A stretch of DNA of 51,537 nt, the filler included, from Sphacelaria rigidula (lineage: Eukaryota), in the NCBI GenBank assembly GCA_964200075.2. It is 3 parts of 3 records of this genome, joined end to end, with 100 filler letters (N's around TTAATTAATTAA, not from the genome) between each part and the next. Parts side by side here need not be neighbours in the genome. Positions count along the whole stretch, not along the records: positions 1 to 17,115 come from CAXNAA020001165.1; positions 17,216 to 34,327 come from CAXNAA020001166.1; 1 more part is not named here. One strand, given 5' to 3'. Of the stretch, positions 12,737 to 26,062 are shown one piece after another. The position numbers were made by a program, and so were the translations under genes. Below the pieces are notes generated by a model. That model saw nothing but the letters and a program-made list of their open reading frames with translations. It made no database searches and had not been told where the DNA came from. The first letter of the stretch is position 1, and each line of letters begins with the position of its first letter.

Positions 12737-13113
12737 AGAACCGCACTTCGGTCAGTGTGCTGACCAAGTCACAACTCGTACTGTATAGACGAGCTCTCAA
12801 CACCTGCTGGAAATAGCTAGGTGTACTGTACTGGAATCCGCAAACACAAGAAGTCAATGTGATGCTCCAGTGATGTAACCGCACGCCGTTCAGTGTGCTA
12901 GTTCAACACGCCACTCGTGCTGTATAGACGAGCTGACGTCGGTCTGTGCTTACCCAAAGCACTACTCGTACTGTATAGACGAAAGCCGAAGTGACTCAAC
13001 TCACGTGGATATCCCGGTACAAGCGCCCGAGATGCGTTGATCCTAATCCAAGCGCCTCAGAGGGAGTTAGAGAATGTCTTCCCAAAGACTCCCAAAGATA
13101 CTCGAAAACGCGA

Positions 13114-13124
13114 GGCTCATAACC
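13114..13124 (-). promoter_or_regulatory. Primer-binding site (internal/half tRNA-iMet type)
   Basis: GGTTATGAGCC immediately follows the LTR 3' end (...CCTAACA). It is complementary to the GGCUCAUAACC anticodon arm of initiator tRNA-Met rather than to a 3' CCA end. Confidence 0.8.
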
Positions 13125-13451
13125 TGTTAGGATTAAACTGTGTGTAGAACCCTGAACGTGACGCAAAGGCAGGCGCTACAGCTGCCAAGCTGATCGGGAG
13201 AAGGATGTAAACACAAAGTACGGAGCTTGTATTGATGATTCCCGGGAACGTGGAGAGAAGAGTAAACAAAGAGGTGACCATCTACAGATCTACAGTACCA
13301 TCACTCTGACGGTTACAACAAGTTGAACCGTAACCAACCACACCGACTATTCCGCGTCTAACAGTCCGCATGACAGGCTGCAACTGTGACAACGCCTTAA
13401 TGCTCTTGAACGTTGACTACTAAATGAGTAGACATATATCATTTCTTGACA
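13125..13451 (-). mobile_element. 5' LTR of the copia element (327 bp)
   Basis: The minus strand begins TGTCAAG (13451) and ends CCTAACA (13125), giving canonical TG...CA ends. It is adjacent to the PBS. Confidence 0.8.
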
Positions 13452-15400
13452 AAACATGCGTAGCTCATGTAGGTCTCATAGTTCACCCACGGCGAATATG
13501 AGCTGATGAGCTACAGGTTGGTAGCTCACCCAGGACAAACGTGCGTAGCTCATGCAGCTTTCATTGCTCACCCAGGGCAAATATGCGCTGATGAGCTATG
13601 GGTCGGTGGATCACCTAGGGCAAACATGCGTAGCTCATGTAGCTCTCATAGCTCACCCGGAGAAAACATGAGTGGATGAGGAGCTCACTTCGGGAAAAAA
13701 TGCTCATAGCTCACTCCCGTCATGTGCCTAACTCGCCGCTGGCGAACCCGGCGTCGCTCATGATGTTCAAATGGATGGCGTAACATATCATCAGGTTGTG
13801 GTTTTCTGCCTCGCTGTTCGCAGTGGGAAGAAAAGGAAGGAGTCAACACGAATCCTTGTTCGCATGGTCGAACGGTTCAAGACATGACGAGGATTCGGTG
13901 TATTAAATAATCGACCAATTCATTGCTCTCGACCGCTTGGTCCCAAGGGTACACGAGTCCATCTGGTCATGCACACTTTATCAAGTGAAATTTGAGCCGG
14001 TTCAACAGATGAACTACGTTCGTAGTCAAAATGGTCAACCCTTTGACCACGAGGGTAGATGATCTGTAAAATCAGCATAATAATTCATGTTTTTTGGGTG
14101 TGAATGACGCCGATTCACCTGATAAATGCTGTTTGGGTGTGAAAGGATTAAGCAGTGAAATGTTGTACGTGTGTTGAATTCTTCCTCCACATCGATCGTC
14201 TGTTGCGGAGGATTCAGTTGCATGCGGCACCATTCCCGACCTGGCGCCGCTAGAGCTGCTGCTCCCAGCGGTCTGTTCGTAGGATAGCCTGCGGTGGTCA
14301 GTAAGATACACCTAGTCAGGGTAACGTACAACAGTCTAGTGATATACCTGTTTGAGTTCCGGGTACTACGCGGGATGACTTTATATTATGATGTTCGTGA
14401 CTGGACATACGTGAGTGGTGCTCGTCGCATGTTGGGACCTTGATCCCAACTGCGATTACTCCCCTTCCTTCCCTTTTCATCAACAAAGCTTTATATACAT
14501 TTCTACTTCGTCTTGATCGGCAGTCAGCCGTGTCCACTGATCGACTATCGCAGTCGTGTCCATTGATCGACTATCTGAGTCGAGTCTGCACCCCATCCTC
14601 TCACGTGGTCACGAAGCTACAAACACGGTCGTCATGTAGGGCGGGTTATGTCCGCATGTGGGTGTGTCCGCATGTGGTTGTGTGTGGGTGTGGTTGCCAT
14701 GGTTCGATGGCTTCTGATGCGTTCATTGTTGATGTTACAAACGGCAAACCCGCCATTGCACAAAACGGAGCACAGGTCTGTGCCCATGTGACCGTTTTCA
14801 CGTATCAACGTGCATGAGCATCGGAATAGAAACTCCAAAATCGGCGTAACTCCCGTGGCTATTTGGCTCAACCACGACAAACACGTGTAGCTTATGTAGC
14901 TCTCACAGCTTACTCAGGGCAAACATGCACGGATGAGCCGCGTCCGGTGGCTCACCCAGGACAATTACGCGTGGTCCACCTAGCTCTCATAGGTCATCGA
15001 GGGCAAAGATGCGTCGCTCATGTAGCTCTCATAGCTCACCCACGGTGATTATGAGCGGATGAGCTACGGGTTGGTAGCTCACGTGGGACCGACATGCGTA
15101 GCTCGTGTAGCTCTCATATAGCTCACCTGGGGTGAATACGAGCTGATGAGCTACGGGTTGGTAGCTCACCTATGGCAGTACGCGCAGCTCATGCAACTCT
15201 CATAGCTCATCCAGAAGCGAATATGAGAGGATGATCTACGGGTTTGTAGCTCGCCTAGGACAAACATGCGTAGCTCATCTTTCTCTTATAGCTCACCCAG
15301 AAAGAACATGCGTAGGTCACGTAAATTTCATAGCTTACTTGCGAGGGAGCTACGCTAGAAAAGGGCTAGGTCGAGCTACAGCGAGCTGACCTGTCCGACG
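13452..15400 (+). mobile_element. Composite non-coding element with two arrays of AGCT-rich tandem repeats (copy 1, left end cut by the LTR)
   Basis: Arrays at 13452-13715 and 14865-15345 (units like caaacatgcgtagctcatgtagctctcatagctcaccc and gaatatgagctgatgagctacgggttggtagctcacc). The unique core 13715-13880 and terminus 15345-15400 are reverse-complement homologues of 27690-27870 and 26918-26975. Confidence 0.8.
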
Positions 15401-17115
15401 AACGGAACAGTTTTTACTTCTCTCCATTTTGAAGTGGCGTTGGTTTTAAGGGTGCTGGCTCTCAGTGTGCGTGCGTTCTGCGTGCGTCGAACGCAAGACT
15501 TTGATCCTCGTTGAATTTTCCACAGATTATTTGTGCATGTTCATGCACAACATGCTCAGCTGATGAGCAGCTACTGCGTTTCTTTCACGACATACATCAT
15601 TACACAACGCACGTAACTATCACCCATGCCCGTGGTCGATCCACTGAACGTGGCGGCGGAAGCAGCCAAAACACTTGTCCGCCTGCTCCCCTTCCTGTCG
15701 GAAAAAACAACAAAACTATACCTTGCCATCCAACACAACACGAAACGCGACCATGACAACTGCTTGGCGATACCCACCCGCGTACGCCGGCAACGTCCGA
15801 GCCTACCATGCATCGGTATATATGCACAGTACTACATGAAATGAAATTCCATCGCCAACAAACCTGGGAAAACACAACCCGGGCACGACGTCATCGGCCC
15901 ACCAGAACACGGTCCACATGCCCTATGCTAATGAAAATCAGAAATATCAAGAGCACGAAGTGAAGCGCCCCTCCCCCCCCCTCTTCCCACCACCCCCGAC
16001 CCCGCCCGACATGCCAGTTCAGAGGCATTCTCTTGGAAAATGAAGTTCAACTTCAAAATCATACGTTCCCTGACCTCAATCAAGCTATGACAAATGACCT
16101 GCATACCCGCGACACTAAAAATTAGGTTCAACTCCAAAACAGTATTTGTCCTTGACCTCAACTTATGACAAGTAACCTCCATATCCACGATCTTGTGCCC
16201 ACTCCACCTCCCTGAAATCTTCTGGGGTTTTTCCGTCTGCCGTTGCCCCAAAGAGTATGTGCAAAAGCACCTTACCTCGATTTCGGGGCGAAAAAAATGA
16301 AAAGTTCACCCCGAAAATGGTGCATTTGCACAAACCCTTCGAAGGAGCAGAAGACGAGAAAAAACAAAAAAATCCAGGGAGATCAGAGGGCATGGAGTAG
16401 TAGCACTGTTCTAGGGTTGAACCTCATTTCCGAGAAATATCTCTTATTCACAGCATCTCGCCTGTCACTCAGTACAGATCTCCTCGTGAGTTACCCCCCT
16501 CCACCTACCCTTCCCTCTCTAGCACGCAGCTACAACACGCGTACGGATGCAAAGCCAAAAATGTCAAAAATAAAAGACAGAAATAGACCGTGGTCCGAAA
16601 CGAAAATACAGCCCAAAACTCAAAAGCGTTCTCTCTCCCCGCTGAAACACAACCCCCGCAAGGCAGCCTGGCACATTGCGAAACATTCGCACATTTGTCG
16701 TGGATAAGTGTAACTGTGGACCCTAAAGTTCTATATACGTCGAGCATGCTTGAGAGTAAATTAACGTGGCTGCGTGTGAGCCCAAAATGAAAAACACGAA
16801 GCAAGCAATAGGACGAAATAACGTCGCCCGGCAATATAGACTTTGTACGTGTTTCGTATACGATGAAGCTTCTTTCCCGACAGATTTCCCTTCTCCTGGA
16901 TGCCGAGTAATGACTGTCGCGGTAACATCTTGGTCTGACGAGGAACGAAGGATAAAGTACACATTTTTTGGACCGAGCAATCACAAGGGTACCAGCTCTA
17001 CTAAAATAAGTAAACCCCTCCGAGAACTGGCCGAGCCTCGTCCGGCGAAAACCCGGCGTGCTCCGTCCAGGCTTTGTAGGGATGCGACGTCAATGGTATT
17101 ATGACTATGGCATGC

Positions 17116-17215
17116 NNNNNNNNNNNNNNNNNNNNNNNNNNNNNNNNNNNNNNNNNNNNTTAATTAATTAANNNNNNNNNNNNNNNNNNNNNNNNNNNNN
17201 NNNNNNNNNNNNNNN
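17116..17215. other. Artificial contig-joining linker
   Basis: 44 N + TTAATTAATTAA (stops in all six frames) + 44 N = 100 bp. Confidence 0.97.
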
Positions 17216-18108
17216 GATTTTTGTTTTTTTTTATTTTCATTATTTTTAGTCATTTTCTAGTCAAAATGATGCCGATTCACAAAGATTCACAAAACAAGAA
17301 TCAGCACTTGAGTTCCCAAAGGGTTCAAATGACTGAAAATGATGCCGATTCACCAAAACGAAATTCGTCAATGGGTTCCAAAAGGGTTTATATGTTTTCC
17401 CGTCTGCTTTCGGGGAAGTGGAAAGCATTTATGATACGCGGAGTAATGCGACTCCTTACTCCCAAAACAAGACGGGAGAACAGATTATCGCATGGAATGT
17501 TCGGCCCAATCGTAAAAAATGTGATCGCCGGTATCGTCTTGGATTCGAGCTTGGTTTCGGAGCGTTTTGCGATAGTGCTGTGTAGAATCCCCCTCTCAAT
17601 CAGAGGCCGAATGCGTGGATTTTCTGTTTTTACTTATGAAAAGCCGTGATGAAATTGGGTCAGCTTCTATTATATAGAAGAATTCGATTTGGAAAAGTCG
17701 AAGGTGCGGCTGCTTCCTCTTGTGGAGAGCTAGCTCCGCAGCGTCGTACAGTACTTGAAAATTTTCTCCGAAACATGCACCCCCCCGAAAAATACAACAT
17801 AAACCGTGTTTCATATGCCATGGTTGTCGAAGACCCTATCGAATCAAAGTTTAACACCCCTGGAGACCGCGCGGCAGGGACACGCCATTAGTGTTTGCAC
17901 ATTATGATGGCTTCGGCAAGCGAAACAATGAAACAAAATATCGCAAAGGCAGCTTCCCCCCAAGAGAACGCCATTGAAATAAAGAGTTCGTGTGCACCAA
18001 AAATCGGCCTTCGCTCGCAATATTCAGCCTGTTGGAGGGCCCGATCCCCAATTCCTCATTGGTAAAGCGCTCCTTCGCACATATGTCGGAAATCACTGGA
18101 ACCTGCAG

Positions 18109-20753
18109 ACGGGAAGGTCTGATCACTCGAGAAGCCTTTTTCGAGGGCATTATCCGAGAGGAAAGAAACGAGTTCGGGGATGCCATATTCACGCTCGTTG
18201 ACCCGGAGGACGAGGCAACTCTCGAATTCGGGTACGGTGATATGGTGGGCGACGGGGGACGGGGGGGGGTAATGATCATGAGAGCACAGCATATGTCGAA
18301 TAGCCAGCTCCTCGGGGCCCTTGAAGCACCACAATTTGGAACCAGATTGCCGCATTGGTGGAAAAATGTCCCGTGAGTGAATTGCCTCAAGGTTGTGTAA
18401 TGTAGGGTATACCGGCTGAAATCTGGGTATGTACATAAGTATAAAAATTGACAAGTTGTCGGTGAATAAATACCCTTGCGGACTAAGTGTTCGGCAAGGG
18501 GCGCCAATATCCTTGCGAACTATACCGGAATGTTCGCGACACACGTCGGAGTGGTACATTATAGGTTCCCAATCGCAAAATCCCCTCTTCTAGGTATACC
18601 CTACAGAACGCAACCTTGAATTGTTTAGAGCGACTTTGCAAACGGACCCGAAGACGTCAAAACACTCAGCGTTGCACTCGATCACGCATAAAATTTCATG
18701 TGCGCAACGCACAAGTTGAGTGGCCGGGCTGTCTCTCAGACGAGCGTGTAATATGGGTCGTTCGGGTAAGAAATCGACTTGACTCTCCCGAGCACGCTAC
18801 CGGAGGGTCACTCAAGATCGATAGCCCGCCCGAATAGCCTTCTCCTTCCCGTTGATGAGGAAACGACACGCACGAAAAAGACGCGTTGATGATGGTTATA
18901 TTTCTTGGTGACACATTTCGAGTTTGGTCGCTTCCTGTACCTGCGTTGTCCATTGCTTACCAGCGAGTTCGTCCAGGCAATCTGCACATTTTGCTGCTTG
19001 TGCACGACGGACATGCTCAAATTTTGTTTCACGGTGTATGACAAGGACCGATCCGGACACTTGGAGGTGCAAGAACTCCACCACTTCATCAAGGTACCAT
19101 AGATCCTGACTTCATTCTCATGAAGCGTCCCTCGTCTTGCTGGCCTCCGCTGGCTCACCACACGGTATACTGTAGTTTCTCTCAGGCGGTAACCGAGTGG
19201 TCCCAGCCTGTGCTCCTCAAATATGCATTTTTGTAAAAGATACAGCGCGACACGTGTCATGCTTGACCGCACTCTAGGAAGCAACACGCCTTGTAGAAAT
19301 TCTGTCGGCATGGCTACGCGTTTGTGTTGTCCGTCAGACATAGCACCAATATATTTCCATCCCCGCCCGCGGCACTGGGTCGGGCCAGAGTATTCAACAT
19401 GAAAACCAGAGCAGAACCAAACTTCCGTTCCAGTCACTTGATGGCTCAAGGATACCTTCGTGCCAACTCCGACTGCAGGTGTTGCACAGCTCGAACGTGA
19501 CGAACAACATTCAGAGTGCAATGAGCCATTTGCAACTGGATGAGTACGGTAGGCTTCCATTCGACGGCTTCAAGGTACGACCTCACACTTCGATTATCTT
19601 CCTGTCATACATAGTTGGTCACACAAGCTTCTTGGTCTGCGAAGCTTTCATGAGAACCCACCGGAAGCGATTGCCGCTTCAGCCAACGATATCGACATAA
19701 TCAGCTCCTTGCTCCAACGCTGCTGAGGGCGTTTCAGCCATCGGCGTATTACAGTCACAGGCGTTTCCTCGCTCAACCAATCACACCAGAATGAAGCAGT
19801 GTTGGCGCGAGGGTTTTCTCGTAACAACACACAACATACCCGTCCTTTTTTCCGGACCAAACGTACCCTACTGTAACCTGAGCCACACATCGGCAAGATC
19901 GTACGATTTGCCTCCTGACTGAGGCTAATCCCGCCCACAAAACTCGCTTGTTGCTCAACTACAGATAATGAACAAGAATTTCCCGCAGGTGCTCTACCCC
20001 GCATTTCGACTGCAGCAGTCTACCCAACGACACATCTTGGGTAACGCGTGGTGGAAGCGAAAGGTACGCGCGCAAGGCGGATTGTAGGTACACGGCAGCC
20101 ACGTTATTTTGGCGCCTGGTTGATTAGTTCATGTCCAACCAAAGACTTTCGATCAGACTGCATTTTGCTGTGTTCCGGTACTACTCACATATTGATAGCA
20201 GATCAACGAGCTGGACTATTGGCGAGAAAATAGGGAGCATCTGGAGGAAGTGGAACGAATAAAGGTCGCCAAAAGAAAGGAGCGACAACGTGATGCGCAG
20301 ATTCGGAAGGTGATGGGAAGTATGGTGGCACTCGTTGCCTGCCAGCTTGCTTGCCAGGTCCTCACACGTCCAAGACACAGTGGGAAGCCGCAAAGATAAT
20401 ATAGGAAACAAGTCGAGTGTGCTACATCAGCGAATAAGGGTCGATGCGAAGTCGTGGACGCCAGCTCGACAGCTGCCCCGGTTGCGCCCAACAAAATACA
20501 TGATTGACGACATGTCGCAAAATGAGTGTCACCAACAGCGCGTCGATCCCGCATGTCTCCACTACGACTCCCTTCACAGGTTATGGGGATCAGGGAATAC
20601 TTGTTCAATCCTAAGAAGCGCCAGGTGTATGTGGACGCTTTGAACAAGAGCACTCCTGCGGTTCCGACGTCGCCGACATCAGCAAGCGAGGCAGCACAGA
20701 CTCAAGTAGAGAGCCCAAAGGGGGAGGTTGCGGTATTAAAAAGAGAATCGTAA
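18109..20753 (+). CDS. EF-hand calcium-binding protein (calcineurin-B/NCS-like core with coiled-coil tail); 5' exon(s) unresolved
   Basis: Phase-compatible GT-AG exons 18109-18231, 18964-19093, 19479-19574, 19965-20063, 20202-20309, 20580-20753. Contains the canonical EF loop DKDRSGHLEVQE, a degenerate loop DPEDEATLEFGE, and FPQVLYPAFRLQ..LG..WW. Confidence 0.82.
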
Positions 20754-21276
20754 TCGAATTACGCAAGCCAGAATCCTACTGCAATGCGCGTAACAACCGG
20801 TAAACACCAGAGTTTCCGAGGGCTGCCTGCATCCGTCACCGGCGAACAGTTGTTAAGCCAAAGAAAGAAAATCGAATGAAACAAGAAGGTGCGACGTGTA
20901 CCGCCTCCTCACGCACGTGTACGAGAATCGCGCATGTGTGGGTCACAGCCGCGTCAAGTGCGCGCCCCGCTACACGGATGTGTTCTAGTGGAGGGCACAT
21001 TCGCAACGCTTAAACCCTGCTACGTACGCAGATGCAAATAGCTGAACCCGCGGTCGTACGGCGCTGGTTCCAGCATCTAGCCCAATGAATATTCGCGCTC
21101 GATACACACAAAAGAGCGAACCACGATTCCCCGAGCTCATAAGCAAGATCTCTTTTACCAACACACACACCTCGGATGAAATATATGCACCGCAGACCCG
21201 AGGACAAATGAGGGAAAAAACAGAAATCAACAAAATCGACAGCAGTTGCAAAAACTAGAGGGACTCGCGCCACACC

Positions 21277-24200
21277 CTAACGCGCATGTTGGCGTACTTT
21301 CTCCTTTTTACTGTTTTTCCTTCGCGACGGCCGCGCGCTCCCACTCTCCCCATTTACTCCCGCCTCCTTGTTGTTGAGATGGTACGCGCTGGACTGGTGA
21401 ATCTTGAAACCGTAAATCCTGGAGATGTACGACTGAGCAGCAGGCGTTGGAAAAAAGGACGTTGGGAAATACTGCTGTGAACATCAACACATAGCGCCTA
21501 CTTACTGTCAGCAGTTCCGAGATGGCGACTACCGACGTGCAAATGATACCAAAACTCATCACCGCCTCGCCGCGCTTACAACAAAATTAGCGGATCGTCT
21601 TGCGATGTCTGCGGCACTGTCACATGTACAAGATAAACGAAGAGAGTGCACCACTGAGTAACCCCACCTGACTCGGTCTAGATGGGATGAGCTCAGGATG
21701 CGCCAGAAGGAAAAGGTGCGAAAAAGTTGTCCCGAAGTACGCGCCATCGATGTTGGCTTGCCGTGTGCTCTTCGGATGAAATATATCCTGCCCATGTATG
21801 AGGATATCAACGGCAGCGCAACGCACGAAATCACGCACTTGAGCGGGAAGGTCCATAGCTATCATTTGCCTGCCGCGAACCAACGTCCGCTAAGCTTTGC
21901 GTTGATCAAGCATGACACACTGCCGTCGTAGGTGCCTTTCACCGGGACCAAATGAAAAAAACGTACCTGGCACTTCGGGCAGTACACCGCGACCGTGCAG
22001 TTGCGCGGGACATCTGAAAGTCCTGCCGGGAGCACGTTCTGACCTTGGCAGTAAACTCGTGGGCACCGCCCAAACGCCCCGACATGAAATTTGTCGAACT
22101 GTCACATTGCAGGGCAGAGCAACAATTTCGGTGTACAGAGTGCGAGTCAAGGATGCGTTGAGCCAAGTAAGCAACAAAACGACAGCCATAAATCCCCCTG
22201 AAAGCGGCAGGGCGCCCTGCGACATATGCTCATTTTCCCCAATGGTCAAGGCACAAAAAGCTCACTTCTGGGCAGCATGCTCTCGGAAGGGGGGCATGAA
22301 TTCTAGACTGTCATGGTTCCATGGAAGTTACTTTTTGTGTGTCAACTCGTCACCTCACGGCTGCAGCTGCTGTTACTTACACTCTTCGCTCTGCGTACGA
22401 CACGCCCAATGCTTGACACGGTTTGCATTTCCCACTTCAAGGGTGCTTATCCATAGCACGTGCATACATTTTTCACCCTTCACATCATGCTGTTCGAGGA
22501 AATTATCAAAGCATTTCCTGCACAATAATGGACCACACATGCACCGGCTTATCCCTGAATCTATTCGCCACAAATGAGCGCAGGAATGTCGCGCTTCGCG
22601 GCCTGATTAAGCGAACCATGCCGACTTGGCTGCATGTAATTGGCCATAGACGACATCAGGACATACGTACATGGAATAACTCAGATTCGCTTTTTCTTCC
22701 CACACTCTGATGCTCACTTAGGCCTTGTCTTAGTACATTAGTTTTCGATCGAAATTGTGCGGTGTAAAGCAAAAATCCGGATCTGATAGGTCGTAATTTC
22801 AACCATCGTCGTTTAATTTGAAGATGGTTAAAGTCATGACCTATTAGATCAGGATTTTTGTTTTACACCGCACCTTTTCGATCGAAAACTCAAGTGCTGA
22901 GACAGGCCCTTAGCCAAGACATCGCAAATACCGAGTTCAAAACGTCATGTGAAAAGTACGATGAACGGCACGCAATTGACATGCGATTCTTCATCGGATA
23001 TACCTGCACGTTGAGACTTCATCTAGTTCCATGGAATACCCAATAAAACAACAGTAAGCAACAACACAGCTGCAAGCAAACAACAAATAGTGGAGGAAAG
23101 CAGCGAACACGTCGCATGAGGTCCAGTGTAACGGAAGGGGCAAGAGATGCAAAATTCTCAAGCTACTGCCGTGATAGCAAGGAGCTCTATTTCCTGGGCG
23201 TGACTGGCTTCCAACTGCTGTCCAACTTCGCAGTCGGTAGCTCTTGGTTGTGCACTCACCATTCCCTGCATCCCCCGGCTCGTGAGGATGTACCGCGCGT
23301 GAATGAGGCCATACAACATCTCCGCCGCGCTTTCCACCACTTCCTGCGCATCCGAGAGAACAAGGAGGTTGAGAAGGCAATGGGTGACGACTGTATACAT
23401 GGTGCGTAAACTGCACACTATGGATACTTTTTGGCGAGTACTTGTGTACCTTCTTCAAACACAACTCTCTTACATCCAACACGGACACATGTTTTTCACC
23501 TGTTGCTCCTCGGTGAGCGTTTGGCCTACTGGCATTTCGACATCCAGAATCATGTCGAGAGCGTATTCGTAGTAGGGCACCATAGTTGACAGCCCTGTGA
23601 GGTTGAAATCGTCCTGAATGTAGTCCTCATCCACCTGAAGAGACGAAAACAGAAAATAATGCGCTTGTGCTCATTATTCAATGTCATGACCTCCATGACT
23701 ACTCGAGCAAATGACAGATTATGAAGCTGGACACGTGAGAACCTGGCGCAATGACGCCAGTTTCGGCCATATGCGGCCATATGGCCGCTTTTGATTACAA
23801 GGCTCGAGTCGTGACAATCACAACCATTCCTCAGGATTTTGGTATGCACCGTTCCATGAGACACGTTCTGATGACACGGAATTGAGCGTTGGGGAGTTAA
23901 CGGCGAGCTCAAGACTTCAAGTTGAAGGAAACCAAGCATGTTGGAGTGCTGCCATGTGCCCCTCACTCACCTCACAGAAGAACTCATTCCCCCTTAGTGT
24001 GACAAACCATGAAATCCATGTGCTGTCTTCGTCTGACGCCGAAAGCTCACTGCCACATCGCACGAAACACATCCAACATAATAGTGCATCACTTCATCAG
24101 TTAGAAAACATGTATCATGGACTTATCGATCTAAATAACAGTGCAGCAGTGAGCATTGTAGATCTGCCAGGTATTCGAGCGCAGCGCACACCATGACCAT

Positions 24201-25497
24201 TACTCCATCGTTATCACAGCATGATGACGCACCTCAAAAACACAGCAAAGGGACTCCGATCCGGCATGCAATTCTTATATAATACTTCTACTACATACTG
24301 GCTACCTAAAACTCTATTCGTGAAGCATTAAATTCGAAGGAGGCACGGCAGTGAAGAGGCCCAATAGTGATTGATATGCACGGGAAGACGGTCTATCGCT
24401 GTCGCAACGTAAAAAGACAGCTTAGCGCAGACGCAAGAATAAATATTCAAAGCGCTTCAAGGTTCAGGAGTCTACTACCTGGGAAATTAAACACTCATCA
24501 TGCAAACACCGCAGAGCGCATCAACCCAGGACATCGTATATGTCGGTCGTTCACATGGGTACAGAAGGCGGAACACGTCGTTACATCCCACTGACTGACT
24601 TCAGCAGGGACGAGATGCACGCCCCGTTCGAGTGTCGATCGCAAAGTGGCGGGATGTCTACACCCATCAACAACACTTGGTACACCCAGGCATTATGTGA
24701 AGGCCGGTCCCACTTTTGAGGGGGGAAGTGCATGCGGGGCAAACAGCCCAAGCAGCAGAAATATAGTGCACAGGAAGTAGGTCCCCATACAATCCGCCCC
24801 GGAGTGCGCCGCACAGTCTGATCGATCATTCCGAAATGTTTTTCATGTCGCTCTGTACCGTCATATCCGATATTGCCTAGTGGCGGCAGGTAGGAAACGG
24901 ATTGATGCAACAAGGATCAGAGCTGAGTTTCTTGCCCACTTGTCCCGAAGCTTGTTTCCACACATAACTCGTTTTCAGAAGTTACGCCCACAGGTACTTC
25001 AGGGAACACCTACAATGATGTGTTCGATTTCCAAAACCACTTCGGTATATAGATATATAAGTGCTCACTTGAGGTTTGAGAGTGGGGACCTCAAGCGTTG
25101 CAAGAGAGGTGTGCTCTGACTACTTGAAGACCATCATCCCTATACTTTTCTTCGTTTCTTCCTTCGAATTTGCAGACTGTTTTTTTTCGGAAATTCAAGT
25201 CGAAAAGACTTTACCCCGAAATAACCAAAAAAAAAAGTAATGACGTCCCTCGTGAGGTCGTTGCGCTCCTCTCCTCCAGATTTCATGTCCCAGCTCTCAA
25301 ATCTCGCGTCACGAATCGTTGAAGGTGCTCCTAACCCTGAAGTAGTGAGACCAACCTGCATGCCACGCCTACTACTAGCTAGTACTAGTGGCGTATTCAC
25401 CTGCTGTCTTCAAGATCGGCACTTGCAGTGAGATCCGGTTCATCGCTTTCCCCTACTTCTTCCTCCTCCTCTTCCTCCTCTTCCTCCTCTATTTTTC
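21277..25497 (-). CDS. CSNK2B: Casein kinase II regulatory (beta) subunit; start exon unresolved
   Basis: Exons 25497-25401, 24049-23971, 23634-23500, 23343-23260, 22098-21967, 21787-21668, 21432-21277, all GT-AG and in phase. Hallmarks: [45 protein letters not shown], zinc finger FGRCPRVYC...[23 protein letters not shown]. Confidence 0.95.
22721..22909. mobile_element. Tourist-like (PIF/Harbinger) MITE in a CK2beta intron
   Basis: 189-bp near-complete hairpin, termini GGCCTTGTCT / AGACAGGCCC, TTA target duplication at 22718-22720 and 22910-22912. Confidence 0.85.
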
Positions 25498-25984
25498 CTA
25501 CCAAGCATCACGCAAACCACGTGTCATGTGCATGACGGAAAAGTCAAATAAAAAAAGGTTGGAACGAACGGCCAAATCTCGGATCAACGGTAGACGAATC
25601 CCATCTGCCAGCAGTTGGCATTTTGCTACCATCACCAATTGCGTGTCGGTTACGCCAGCAGGAACATATAATACTCCACTTTCGTCTATTATAACTTCCC
25701 CAAGTGATACGTTATCACAGTCATATATAACACGATTCCGACAAGAGGACGGAGTAGTTCGAGGGAGTCTGACGACGCGAAGACCTCGGTTGATCCAATC
25801 CATGCAAGCAGCAAGAGGCTGCTGCGTTGAGAGTTGCCAATAAGAGGGCTGTTGCAGTTGGCGCAACGAGCACACCAACAACCCGCGACGGAAACAAAAC
25901 GGAAATCGCCAAAAGAGCGACTCGTCTTTCATCACGGGTAACGCGAGAATAGCGGGAGGCGGGGGGGGGGGTGTACTCATCTTC

Positions 25985-26062
25985 CTGCATGCCGTAGTCA
26001 TTTGACCTTTGACCTCGATTCCCTACATAGCCGGGACAGAGCACGCCGGATTTTTGCCGGAC
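25985..26062 (-). repeat. Dispersed repeat (tccggc.aaaa.ccggcgtgctc...atgacta.ggcatgc family)
   Basis: Homologous copies at 17041-17115 (+) and 38271-38330 (+), i.e. one on each contig. Confidence 0.7.

Noticed and set aside
13452..15345. Tandem arrays as a CRISPR array
   Set aside because: Units are degenerate tandem repeats without unique spacers, the context is eukaryotic, and there are no cas genes.
17160..17171. TTAATTAATTAA as a biological motif
   Set aside because: It sits in the centre of both N runs; artificial linker.
17611..17705. First exons of the EF-hand gene (MRGFSVFTYEKP / FYYIEEFDLEKSK)
   Set aside because: In-frame stops, and no phase-2 link to exon 18109 could be established.
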